Of a stretch of DNA of 40,112 nt, positions 16,761 to 25,430 are shown piece by piece. This DNA comes from Eubacteriales bacterium (lineage in GTDB: Bacteria; Bacillota; Clostridia; Oscillospirales; CAG-272): the NCBI GenBank assembly GCA_045629765.1, contig JAZQRW010000159.1, positions 1 to 40,112 of the forward strand, written 5' to 3'. A program made the position numbers and the translations under genes. The notes beneath the pieces were generated by a model. It saw only the letters and a program-made list of their open reading frames with translations, ran no database searches and had not been told where the DNA came from. Position 1 is the first letter of the stretch. The number at the start of each line of letters is the position of its first letter.

Positions 16761-18208
16761 TGGGACCTATCGAAATCGCACTCCTTGTGCTCGCAGGCGC
16801 GCTCGCCGCGCTCATTCTCGTAGTGCTTGTAAGAACGCTTAGCTTTAAGCCAAAGGCTCAGTGTCAAATAGATACCGACACGGTTGAGTTTGACAAGGAA
16901 AAGGTAGTAAGCAACTTGCAAGACCTTGTAAGATGCAAGACCGTATCAAAGTATTCACACGATGATGAGGATAATTCAGAATTTGAAAAATTCCTTTCAA
17001 TTCTCCCCAAATTGTATCCTAATGTTTACAAAAACTGTGAGTTTAAGCAGTTTGATGACAGAGCGTTGCTCTATAAGTGGCAGGGAAAATCGCACGATAA
17101 CCCCTCCGTTCTTATGGCGCACTACGACGTAGTGCCTGTTGATGAGGGTGCGTGGGAGCGTGACCCATTCGGCGCAGAGGTTGTGGACGGCGTTATGTGG
17201 GGACGCGGAACGCTCGACACCAAGGTGACATTTGGCAGTGCGCTCTTCGCCACTGACAAGCTGATTGCAGACGGATTTGTGCCCGAAAATGACGTCTACC
17301 TTGCGTTCTCAGGCGGTGAAGAGGTGAACGGTAACGGCGCTGTGCATATCGTGGAGTATTTCAAGGAAAACGGCATTACTCCCGAGCTCGTGCTTGACGA
17401 GGGCGGCGCGGTAGTTGAAAACGTATTCCCCGGCGTAAAGGCTCCCTGCGGTCTTATCGGTATTGCCGAGAAGGGTATGCTCGACCTGGAATACAAGGTT
17501 AAGTCAAACGGCGGTCATGCTTCTGCTCCAAAGCCTCATACACCCGTAGGCGTGCTAAGCCAAGCGTGCTGTAAGGTTGAGGCTAATCCATTTAAACGAC
17601 ATCTTACCAAGCCCGTAGCCGAGATGTTTGACACACTCGGCAGACACTCCACCTTCCTTTACAGAATGATATTTGCAAATATGTGGCTATTCTCCGGAGT
17701 GCTCGATATGATATGCAAAAAGAGCGGTGGCGAGTTAAACGCGCTTATGCGTACAACCGTTGCATTTACGCAGATGAGCGGCAGTAACGCATCAAACGTT
17801 ATTCCGCCTGAAGCAACTATGGTTTCAAATATGCGTCTTAATCCTTGCGACACTATGGACTCTGCAATTGAGTATATAAAGAGCACGATTGATGACGAGT
17901 CTATCACCCTTACTGCTCTTCGAGGAATGAACCCAAGTAACATCTCACGCACAGACGTAACGGGCTATAAAAAGGTTGAGCGTGCAATTGCTTCAACCTG
18001 GCGCGGTACGATAGTTTCGCCGTACCTTATGGTTCAGTGCTCGGACAGCCGTCATTGGAGCAAGATTTCCGATAAGGTTTACCGCTTCTCTGCTATGGAT
18101 TTGACGAGCGATGAGAGAAAGACGATACACGGTCACAATGAGAGAATTAGACTCGAGTGTCTATACCACGCAACCGAGTTTTACTTAAGACTCATTAAGA
18201 ATTTGTAA
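16760..18208 (+). CDS. M20/M25/M40 family metallopeptidase with an N-terminal membrane anchor
   Basis: 482 aa. N-terminal helix IEIALLVLAGALAALILVVLV. Metal and catalytic motifs MAHYDVVPV, GRGTLDTK, FSGGEEVNG and HGHNERI. The overall layout resembles Gly-X carboxypeptidase (Cps1-like) M20A enzymes. Confidence 0.85.
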   Translation: MGPIEIALLVLAGALAALILVVLVRTLSFKPKAQCQIDTDTVEFDKEKVVSNLQDLVRCKTVSKYSHDDEDNSEFEKFLSILPKLYPNVYKNCEFKQFDDRALLYKWQGKSHDNPSVLMAHYDVVPVDEGAWERDPFGAEVVDGVMWGRGTLDTKVTFGSALFATDKLIADGFVPENDVYLAFSGGEEVNGNGAVHIVEYFKENGITPELVLDEGGAVVENVFPGVKAPCGLIGIAEKGMLDLEYKVKSNGGHASAPKPHTPVGVLSQACCKVEANPFKRHLTKPVAEMFDTLGRHSTFLYRMIFANMWLFSGVLDMICKKSGGELNALMRTTVAFTQMSGSNASNVIPPEATMVSNMRLNPCDTMDSAIEYIKSTIDDESITLTALRGMNPSNISRTDVTGYKKVERAIASTWRGTIVSPYLMVQCSDSRHWSKISDKVYRFSAMDLTSDERKTIHGHNERIRLECLYHATEFYLRLIKNL

Positions 18209-18233
18209 ACCTACATTTACAAAAAAACAACAT

Positions 18234-18290
18234 AAAAGGCTTGTAAACAGCAACCCGTGCTAAATTACAAGCCTTTTTTCTTTTTTTGTT
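18234..18290. terminator. Bidirectional rho-independent terminator between the M20 gene and topB
   Basis: Stem AAGGCTTGTAA (18236-18246) with TTACAAGCCTT (18265-18275). T-runs follow it on both strands. Confidence 0.75.
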
Positions 18291-18292
18291 TT

Positions 18293-20410
18293 TTAGTCAT
18301 CAAACGCAAATTTCACATCGGCACCATTCAAAACGAGCCTTGCGTTAAAGCGTTTGCCATTCTTTGAAATAAATCCGTTTAGCCGCTCGGTGCTGCCCTC
18401 ACGAAGCAAGCGTCTTGCCTCGCTAATAGGAATATCACGCTTCAAAATTGTAATACCCATTTTAAATTGACATCCCTCGGTATATCCCATACAGCCGTAG
18501 TTGTATTTACCTCTTACAACGTGGCGCGAGCATAAGGGGCATTCTCCCACTATCTCACCGTATTTACCCGTATCAACCTTGGGCATCTCAGGGTTTTCGT
18601 CACGGTTGCCAAAGATCGCGGCAATCTCACTCTCAGCAAGCTTAACGCTGTCCTCAACGCTCATCTGTCCGTGGTAAACCTGCTTTAGCGCCTTACCAAG
18701 CTCACTGGTCTTGTATTTATCCATAACGATGCCAAGCCGAGCGATAGATTCAATAAGATATTCTCCGCCCTCAAGTATTGAATATACGTCTTTTTTAAGG
18801 TCAATATATCCGCTCTTTTTAGCATTATCAATAATACCCGTCCTCGTCGCCTCAGTACCAAGCTCAAGTCCCTCGAAGATTGCCTTGTAGTCATCTGCAT
18901 CGTCAACCTCGCCGCTCTCCTCAAGCTCCTTGGCTCTCGCCTTATCGTCCTTGAATGGATTTTTGAGATACTTATTGAGTGTTTCAATTGTATAATGTCT
19001 TGGGGGGGTGGTCTGCTTTTCCTCAGGCTTAAAGTCGATGTTCACCGCTTCGCCGAGCTCAAGCTTGGGCAAAATCTTATCCTTTCCGGAATAGTCGTCG
19101 TACTTAGTCCAACCCGGCTCAAGTATAATAGTGCCCTTAAGACTGAACTCCTCAAGCTCACCGACCTTAATCTTAATCTCGCTCTTTTTCGCTACGCATT
19201 CCTCGGCACAGAATACCGCTACGAAACGGCGAAAAACGGTGGAATAAACCTGATTTTCCTTTTCACTAAGTTTTTCCTTTTTAGGAATTTTATAAGTCGG
19301 AGTAAGGGCAGAGTGTGACTCAATCTTAGAGTCATCAAATATATACTTAGAGTCCTTAAACTTTACGGGATAACCCAGCTTCGATATATTGGAAATAATC
19401 GAGCGCATCTTATCCTTTTCGGCAGTAGCAAGATACTCCGAGTTAGTTCTCGGGTAGGTAAGATAACCCTCCTCATAGAGCTTCTGTACTATTTTCAAGC
19501 TCTCTGCCATCGACATCTTGTACTTCTTGCCAAGCACGTTTTGAAGCGTTGACAAGGAATACAGCTTGCCCGGCAGAATCGAGTCATTTTTACTGCTTAT
19601 ATGTGAAACTACCGCTCCTGTCGAATTATAGAGGCTTGCAAGCTCCTCAGCGTTTGAAAGCTCACCAGATGCAAACTTTTGTTTGCTTTGTAGGTCTACA
19701 ACCTCACCATGCGTCTTTTCATTGGATGAAATTACGTAATAATTTTCCGGCTTAAAGTTGCGAATTTCCAAATCGCGCTCGTAAATCGCGCGTACAATCG
19801 GTACTATAACTCTACCGACTCTTAAGAGCCTACCGGTCTTAATGGTGGCATAGCGTGTTAAATTTACGCCGTATAACCAGTCAATATAGGTTCTTGCCAA
19901 GCCCTCGTTGGCAAGTGTATCGTAATGGCTCTCATCCTTCATCTCCGCGAGCGCCTTTTTAACCGTTTCGGGAGTCTGGTCGGGTAACCAGAGCCTTTTC
20001 TTCGCCTTCTCACTTTTAAGAGCGTTATCGATACAAAGTCTTACGATAACCTCACCCTCGCGGTCTGCGTCTCCCGCATTTACGATAGTATCAACGTCAC
20101 CTCGGTTGCAAAGAGTTTCAATAATCTTGAACTGCTTCTTAACACCGTAGTCAACGCTCTTTTTGTCGTCAGCCTTCTTAAGTTCAAATTTAAATTCCTT
20201 CGGGAAGCACGGCAAATTATCAAGTCGCCACTTCGTATCTGTCGGGTTGTCAGAATACGACTCTATATCACAAAGAGAAAACAGGTGGCCAAACGCCCAC
20301 GTTACGATATATGCGTCGTTTATGAAGTAGCCGTCTTTTTTATCCATCTTGCCAATGCCCGCAACTATATTTCTTGCTAGGCTCGGCTTCTCGGCGATAA
20401 TCAATACCAT
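18293..20410 (-). CDS. topB: DNA topoisomerase III (type IA) with C-terminal zinc-ribbon region
   Basis: The track ORF extends to 20440. The ATG at 20410, with RBS GAGGAGaaaacgt, gives MVLIIAEKPSLARN (Toprim Glu). Also has GDADREGE, the active-site tyrosine context GYLTYPRTNSEYL, and the Cys cluster CPLCSRH...YGCMGYTEGCQF. Confidence 0.9.
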   Translation of the reverse strand: MVLIIAEKPSLARNIVAGIGKMDKKDGYFINDAYIVTWAFGHLFSLCDIESYSDNPTDTKWRLDNLPCFPKEFKFELKKADDKKSVDYGVKKQFKIIETLCNRGDVDTIVNAGDADREGEVIVRLCIDNALKSEKAKKRLWLPDQTPETVKKALAEMKDESHYDTLANEGLARTYIDWLYGVNLTRYATIKTGRLLRVGRVIVPIVRAIYERDLEIRNFKPENYYVISSNEKTHGEVVDLQSKQKFASGELSNAEELASLYNSTGAVVSHISSKNDSILPGKLYSLSTLQNVLGKKYKMSMAESLKIVQKLYEEGYLTYPRTNSEYLATAEKDKMRSIISNISKLGYPVKFKDSKYIFDDSKIESHSALTPTYKIPKKEKLSEKENQVYSTVFRRFVAVFCAEECVAKKSEIKIKVGELEEFSLKGTIILEPGWTKYDDYSGKDKILPKLELGEAVNIDFKPEEKQTTPPRHYTIETLNKYLKNPFKDDKARAKELEESGEVDDADDYKAIFEGLELGTEATRTGIIDNAKKSGYIDLKKDVYSILEGGEYLIESIARLGIVMDKYKTSELGKALKQVYHGQMSVEDSVKLAESEIAAIFGNRDENPEMPKVDTGKYGEIVGECPLCSRHVVRGKYNYGCMGYTEGCQFKMGITILKRDIPISEARRLLREGSTERLNGFISKNGKRFNARLVLNGADVKFAFDD

Positions 20411-20467
20411 ACGTTTTCTCCTCTCATTTTTATGCAGCAATTGCGCTTATTTCAAGTCGCTTTTACT

Positions 20468-20496
20468 ATTTTAGCACACTTTTTCAAATTTTTCCA
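20468..20496 (-). promoter_or_regulatory. Putative promoter of topB
   Basis: Minus strand reads TGGAAA (20496-20491), a 17-nt spacer, then TGcTAAAAT with the hexamer at 20473-20468. Confidence 0.45.
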
Positions 20497-20576
20497 CCCT
20501 AAAGACAAATTTTCCCGAATTTTTTATTTTCTGACCAAAACGATGAATAAAATTGCAAGTTTTTTTACTATACCTC

Positions 20577-20605
20577 TTTATTTTTGTTCTATATTATGCT
20601 ATAAT
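20577..20605 (+). promoter_or_regulatory. Putative extended -10 promoter of the nucleoside operon
   Basis: TGcTATAAT, with TG at 20597-20598 and the hexamer at 20600-20605. The -35 (TTTATT, 20577-20582) is weak. It lies about 30 nt upstream of the tdk ATG. Confidence 0.5.
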
Positions 20606-20635
20606 GATTCTGTATCAACTCTTCAAGGAGGCAAA

Positions 20636-21211
20636 ATGGCAAAGCTTTATTTCAAGTACGGCGCTATGGGCTCGTCAAAGACGGCTCAGGTGTTGATCAC
20701 CAAATTTAACTATGAAGAACGCGGAATGAAGGTATGGCTCATCAAGCCTGCACTCGACAACCGTGATGGATCTGACATTCTGCGATCACGCATCGGTATC
20801 GAGGGCGTATGTGAGCCCATCGACAAAAATATTGACATTTACGCGCGTTTTAAGGAAATACAAGGCGACTACAACGTTATAATAGCTGATGAGTCGCAGT
20901 TCTTTACCGAGGAGCAGATTGACCAGATGCGCTCCATCGTAAACGACTATAATATTCCCGTATTATGCTTTGGTCTTAGAACCGACTTCCTTACGCACAT
21001 GTTTAGCGGCAGTAAAAGACTCTTTGAGGTTGCCGACTCTATTGCCGAAATAAAAACTATATGCAACTGCGGTTCTAAAGCTACAGTCAATGCAAGAATT
21101 GACGAACATAGCAATGTGGTGACAGAGGGATCGCAGGTAATGCTCGGCGGCAACGACACCTATATTGCGATGTGCCACAGATGCTGGAAAAAAGCACAGA
21201 ATATTAAATAA
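20636..21211 (+). CDS. tdk: Thymidine kinase
   Basis: The track ORF (from 20432) spans the promoter region. The ATG at 20636 follows the AAGGAGG RBS and gives MAKLYFKYGAMGSSKTAQ (P-loop). Also has IADESQFF and zinc cysteines CNCG...CHRCW. 191 aa. Confidence 0.92.
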   Translation: MAKLYFKYGAMGSSKTAQVLITKFNYEERGMKVWLIKPALDNRDGSDILRSRIGIEGVCEPIDKNIDIYARFKEIQGDYNVIIADESQFFTEEQIDQMRSIVNDYNIPVLCFGLRTDFLTHMFSGSKRLFEVADSIAEIKTICNCGSKATVNARIDEHSNVVTEGSQVMLGGNDTYIAMCHRCWKKAQNIK

Positions 21212-21238
21212 GTAATAATTTGAAATGGAGATATACTT

Positions 21239-21907
21239 ATGAACATCACAGAAATTTTATCAAAATGCGACCACACCTTACTTGACAGATGCGCCACTTG
21301 GGCAGACATCAAAACAATTCTTGATGATGCAATGCACTTCGGCTGTGCGTCAGCGTGCATTCCCCCGAGCTTCGTAAAGCAGGCTAAAGACTATGTAAAG
21401 GGAAACCTTAAGATTTGTACCGTAATCGGCTTCCCCAACGGTTACAACACTACTGCTGTTAAGGTTTATGAGACCGAGCAAGCACTTCTTGAAGGTGCGG
21501 ACGAGATTGATATGGTTATCAACGCAGGCAAGCTCAAGGAAGGACTTTACGACGAAATTCTCGATGAGCTTCGCGCTCTTAAGGCGTGCTGCGGTCCAAA
21601 GGTATTGAAGGTTATTATTGAAACATGTCTTCTTACAGACGAAGAAAAGGTTAAAATGTGTGAGCTCGTTACAGAGAGCGGCGCAGACTTTATCAAGACA
21701 TCTACCGGCTTTTCAAAGGCAGGCGCAACATTTGATGACGTTGCGCTTATGAAAAAGAACGTAGGTAAGTTCGTTAAGGTTAAGGCTGCAGGCGGAATCT
21801 CTTCGCTTGACGATGCCGAGAAGTTCGTTGAGCTTGGTGCCGACCGTCTTGGCACAAGCAAGGTTGTTAAGCTCGCAAAGGCTGAGGCTATAGGCGAGGG
21901 ATATTGA
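21239..21907 (+). CDS. deoC: Deoxyribose-phosphate aldolase
   Basis: 222 aa. Contains VIGFPNG, EIDMVIN and the Schiff-base lysine context DFIKTSTGF, followed by VKAAGGI. Confidence 0.93.
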   Translation: MNITEILSKCDHTLLDRCATWADIKTILDDAMHFGCASACIPPSFVKQAKDYVKGNLKICTVIGFPNGYNTTAVKVYETEQALLEGADEIDMVINAGKLKEGLYDEILDELRALKACCGPKVLKVIIETCLLTDEEKVKMCELVTESGADFIKTSTGFSKAGATFDDVALMKKNVGKFVKVKAAGGISSLDDAEKFVELGADRLGTSKVVKLAKAEAIGEGY

Positions 21908-21924
21908 TTTAAAGGAGAAACACA

Positions 21925-22650
21925 ATGAATAAGAACCATACACCGCATATAAATGCAAATCCCGAGGATTTTGCTAAAACCGTGCTTATGCCCGGTGACC
22001 CTCTGCGCTCTAAGTTTATTGCAGAGAACTTTTTAACAGATGCAAAGCTCGTTAACAACGTGCGCGGCATTCAGGGCTACACAGGCTACTACAACGGCAA
22101 GCGCGTATCCGTAATGGCAAGCGGTATGGGTATGCCATCTATCGGCATCTACTCCTACGAGCTCTTTAATTTCTTCGGCGTTGAAAACATTATCCGCATC
22201 GGCTCTGCCGGCGGTATCTCCGAGCAGGTAAAGATGCGTGATATTATCGTAGGTATGGGAGCTTGCACAACATCCAATTACGCAGTTCAGTACGGTCTTG
22301 AGGGAACTTACGCTCCTATTGCATCATACGAGCTTGTTAAGGCTGTAGTTGAAGAGGCGGAGAAGCTCGGTGCACCCTATGCAGTAGGTAATCTTCTCTC
22401 ATCCGACATCTTCTACAACGCAAATCCCGAGGCACGTGAAAAGTGGACGCGTATGGGCGTTCTCGGCGTAGAGATGGAGGCGGCGGCGCTCTACATGAAC
22501 GCGGCATACGCAGGCAAGCGCGCACTCGCAATCTGCACCGTTTCCGATCATCTCTTGACAGGTGAGGCTGTAGACGCCGAGGCAAGACAGAACTCTTTTA
22601 CAGAAATGATGAAGATTGCGCTTAACGTAGCAGCAAGATATGCTGATTAA
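21925..22650 (+). CDS. deoD: Purine nucleoside phosphorylase, DeoD type
   Basis: 241 aa. Contains TPHINA, VLMPGDPLR, SGMGMPSIGIYSYEL and VEMEAAALY. Confidence 0.92.
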   Translation: MNKNHTPHINANPEDFAKTVLMPGDPLRSKFIAENFLTDAKLVNNVRGIQGYTGYYNGKRVSVMASGMGMPSIGIYSYELFNFFGVENIIRIGSAGGISEQVKMRDIIVGMGACTTSNYAVQYGLEGTYAPIASYELVKAVVEEAEKLGAPYAVGNLLSSDIFYNANPEAREKWTRMGVLGVEMEAAALYMNAAYAGKRALAICTVSDHLLTGEAVDAEARQNSFTEMMKIALNVAARYAD

Positions 22651-22682
22651 CCAAATATGCCAACAAAGGTTTACAAAATAGT

Positions 22683-23828
22683 ATGAAAAAAGCAAAAAGA
22701 GTATTTTTAATCGTGCTTGACTCGGTTGGTATTGGCTACGAGCCGGATGCTCAATTATTCGGTGACGTCGGCGCAAATACCATGAAGAGCATATCAAGCT
22801 CGGCTAAATTTAATATACCGAACCTTATCTCTTTAGGTCTTTCTCACATCGACGGCGTGGACTATTTACCGAAGGTCGATAAGCCACTCGCCACCGTAGG
22901 CAGACTTCAAGAAGAGAGTATGGGTAAGGACACGACGATAGGACATTGGGAGATTTGCGGCATTGTTTCAAAAACACCTCTGCCAACGTATCCCGATGGC
23001 TTCCCAAAGGAGCTACTTGACGAATTTTCAAGAAGAGTCGGACGTGGGGTTCTTTGTAACAAGCCGTACTCTGGCACAGACGTTATCCGTGACTACGGTG
23101 ACGAGCATTTAAGAACGGGTGACTTAATCGTTTACACCTCTGCGGACAGCGTATTTCAGATTGCCGCACACGAGGATTTAATCCCACTTGAAAAGCTGTA
23201 TGATTACTGTAAAATTGCAAGAGAGCTTCTCGTAGGTGAGCACGGTGTCGGCAGAGTTATAGCACGCCCATTCACCACCAAGGACGGTGTTTACACAAGA
23301 ACCGCAAACAGACACGACTACTCACTGATACCCCCGAGAGCGACCGTGCTTAACGCTCTTAGGGATAACGGCAAGGACGTAATCGCTATAGGTAAAATCA
23401 CAGATATATTTGCAGGCTCGGGTATTACACAGACAATCTTTACCCACGGAAACGCCGAGGGTATAGAAAAGACGATAGAATGCACGAAGCGCGACTTTGA
23501 GGGCTTGTGCTTTACAAACCTTGTAGACTTTGATATGCTCTACGGTCATAGACAGGATAAGGACGGCTATGCCGAGGCACTATCTTACTTTGACAAAAAT
23601 CTTCCTCTCATTATGGAAAATCTTGGCGAGGACGATTGTCTGATTATCACCGCTGATCACGGCTGTGACCCTGCTGACAAGAGCACCGATCACACTCGTG
23701 AGTACATTCCCTTTATACTTTACAGAAAAGGTGAGAAGGTCGAAAATCTCGGTACAAAGCTCGGTTTTTACAACATTGCAACAACGGTTGCTGAACTTCT
23801 TGACGTGCCGTACACGGTAGAAAAATAG
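22683..23828 (+). CDS. deoB: Phosphopentomutase
   Basis: 381 aa. Contains IVLDSVGIG, KDTTIGHWE and ITADHGCDP, the metal-binding motifs of the alkaline-phosphatase superfamily DeoB. Confidence 0.92.
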   Translation: MKKAKRVFLIVLDSVGIGYEPDAQLFGDVGANTMKSISSSAKFNIPNLISLGLSHIDGVDYLPKVDKPLATVGRLQEESMGKDTTIGHWEICGIVSKTPLPTYPDGFPKELLDEFSRRVGRGVLCNKPYSGTDVIRDYGDEHLRTGDLIVYTSADSVFQIAAHEDLIPLEKLYDYCKIARELLVGEHGVGRVIARPFTTKDGVYTRTANRHDYSLIPPRATVLNALRDNGKDVIAIGKITDIFAGSGITQTIFTHGNAEGIEKTIECTKRDFEGLCFTNLVDFDMLYGHRQDKDGYAEALSYFDKNLPLIMENLGEDDCLIITADHGCDPADKSTDHTREYIPFILYRKGEKVENLGTKLGFYNIATTVAELLDVPYTVEK

Positions 23829-23865
23829 AATTTCGACAACCTAACTTTACATTTTAAGGTGTTTT

Positions 23866-24285
23866 ATGAAAAATATCAAATACACAAACGAGGAACTATG
23901 GGCTCTCGCCGACAAGGCCCGTGAGTCATCATACTGCCCCTATTCAAGCTATTCCGTAGGTGCGGCGCTCCTTACGGGGAGCGGCAAGGTGTACCTCGGT
24001 GCAAACATTGAGAACGCATCGTTCACACCAACAGTATGCGCTGAGCGAGTTGCATTCTTCAAGGCGATAAACGAGGGTGAAAGAGACTTCGTCGCTATCG
24101 CTATCGCAGGAGGTGAGGTTGGAAAGCCAGCCAAGCCGGACTTTCCGCCATGTGGTGTATGCCGTCAAGTTATGGGCGAATTTTGCTCTCCCGGTTTCAT
24201 CGTCATCTGGGGAAATAGCGAAAAAATCACCGTTAAAACCTTAGGAGAAATTCTTCCCTTCGGTTTCGATAAGAGCAGTTTATAA
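23866..24285 (+). CDS. cdd: Cytidine deaminase (small homotetrameric type)
   Basis: 139 aa. Contains the zinc motifs CAERVA and PCGVCRQVMGEF. Confidence 0.92.
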   Translation: MKNIKYTNEELWALADKARESSYCPYSSYSVGAALLTGSGKVYLGANIENASFTPTVCAERVAFFKAINEGERDFVAIAIAGGEVGKPAKPDFPPCGVCRQVMGEFCSPGFIVIWGNSEKITVKTLGEILPFGFDKSSL

Positions 24286-24313
24286 ACGACAATTAACGAA
24301 AAAGGAATAAGCT

Positions 24314-25087
24314 ATGCAGGATATAGGAACACAGTTTCACATCAGATGCAACGTAGGTGACGTAGGTCGCTACGTATTCCTCCCCGGTGACCCCGGCAGA
24401 TGCGAGGAGATTGCAAAGCATTTTGACAACCCTGTACACGTGGGTATGAACAGAGAATACAATATTTACACCGGCACATTGCTCGGCGAGAAGGTTTCGG
24501 TATGCTCTACCGGTATCGGCGGTCCATCCGCGTCTATCGCTATGGAGGAGCTTACGGCAATCGGTGCTGACACGTTTATACGTATCGGAACCTGCGGAGG
24601 TATTGACCTCGACGTACAACCGGGCGATATCGTTGTTGCTACGGGCGCTATCCGCTTCGAGCACACGTCCATGGAATATGCTCCAATCGAGTTCCCTGCA
24701 GTATCAGACTTTGGCATTGCGGCGGCACTCAAAGAGGCGAGCGAGAGTCTAGGCTATCGCACTCACACCGGCGTAGTACAATGCAAGGATGCGTTCTACG
24801 GACAGCACGCACCCGAGAAGTCGCCCGTATATTACGAGCTTCTTCAAAAGTGGGAGAGCTGGAAACGTCTCGGCGTTAAGGCGAGTGAGATGGAATCCGC
24901 CGCCCTCTTCGTAGTTGCGGCAGCCTTGCACGTTCGTTGCGGCAGCTGCTTCCACGCAGTATGGAATCAGGAAAGAGAAAAACTCGGTATGAGTATGCCT
25001 ATGAGTGAGGACACCACTGGCGCAATTCGAGTCGGTATTGAGGCGATGAAAAGCATTATTGCCGAGGATCTTAAGAGCAAGATCTAA
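24314..25087 (+). CDS. udp: Uridine phosphorylase (NP-I family)
   Basis: 257 aa. [36 protein letters not shown] and EMESAAL align closely by eye with E. coli Udp. Confidence 0.85.
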   Translation: MQDIGTQFHIRCNVGDVGRYVFLPGDPGRCEEIAKHFDNPVHVGMNREYNIYTGTLLGEKVSVCSTGIGGPSASIAMEELTAIGADTFIRIGTCGGIDLDVQPGDIVVATGAIRFEHTSMEYAPIEFPAVSDFGIAAALKEASESLGYRTHTGVVQCKDAFYGQHAPEKSPVYYELLQKWESWKRLGVKASEMESAALFVVAAALHVRCGSCFHAVWNQEREKLGMSMPMSEDTTGAIRVGIEAMKSIIAEDLKSKI

Positions 25088-25144
25088 TAAATCGCCGGCG
25101 CTCTCACTTTTTCTTGGAAAGAAGCGTTCTTTAACTTACATTTT

Positions 25145-25190
25145 AACCGCAGGAGTGTGGCTTAGTGCTTACTCCTGCGGTTTCTTATTC
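25145..25190 (+). terminator. Rho-independent terminator of the nucleoside operon
   Basis: 12-bp stem AACCGCAGGAGT (25145-25156) with ACTCCTGCGGTT (25171-25182), followed by a T-rich tail. Confidence 0.8.
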
Positions 25191-25286
25191 CTTTATTTTT
25201 GTATAGATTGCCTAAGAGTAGTTGTATATGATTTCAAATTTTATCTTGATATCTCAAATTTGTGCTACAAAAACGCAAAAACGTTA

Positions 25287-25315
25287 TTGACGAATTTTCC
25301 ATTATAATATACAAT
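25287..25315 (+). promoter_or_regulatory. Possible promoter of the GH95-like gene pair
   Basis: TTGACG (25287-25292), a 17-nt spacer, then TACAAT (25310-25315). An alternative TATAAT at 25302-25307 has no usable -35. Confidence 0.4.
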
Positions 25316-25430
25316 GGCGTTAGGAATATTAAATATTTATTTACGCGCTTTAGCCCGCGTAAAATTTAAAGCTTACTTTGACAATCTTGCGCGGTAACAC
25401 CCGCAAAAAGACAATGTTACGGAGGAAAAA

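Noticed and set aside
18201-18228. Inverted repeat TTGTAAA-cctaca-TTTACAA overlapping the M20 stop codon as a separate regulatory element
   Set aside because: It is a short AT-rich stem immediately upstream of the much stronger terminator hairpin (18236-18275). It is most simply part of the terminator region.
20432-20635. Long N-terminal extension of the tdk ORF (259 aa in the track), and likewise 20411-20440 for topB, 37122-37226 for atpB, 38836-38844 for atpH, 15256-15270 and 11258-11266
   Set aside because: The extensions run through promoter or RBS sequences or through the upstream gene. Strong RBS-ATG pairs at 20636, 20410, 37227, 38845, 15271 and 11267 coincide with where family homology begins.
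25059-25307. 82-aa ORF spanning the udp 3' end, the terminator and the following intergenic region
   Set aside because: It overlaps the udp stop and the 12-bp terminator stem. It has no RBS, and its composition is that of AT-rich spacer DNA.
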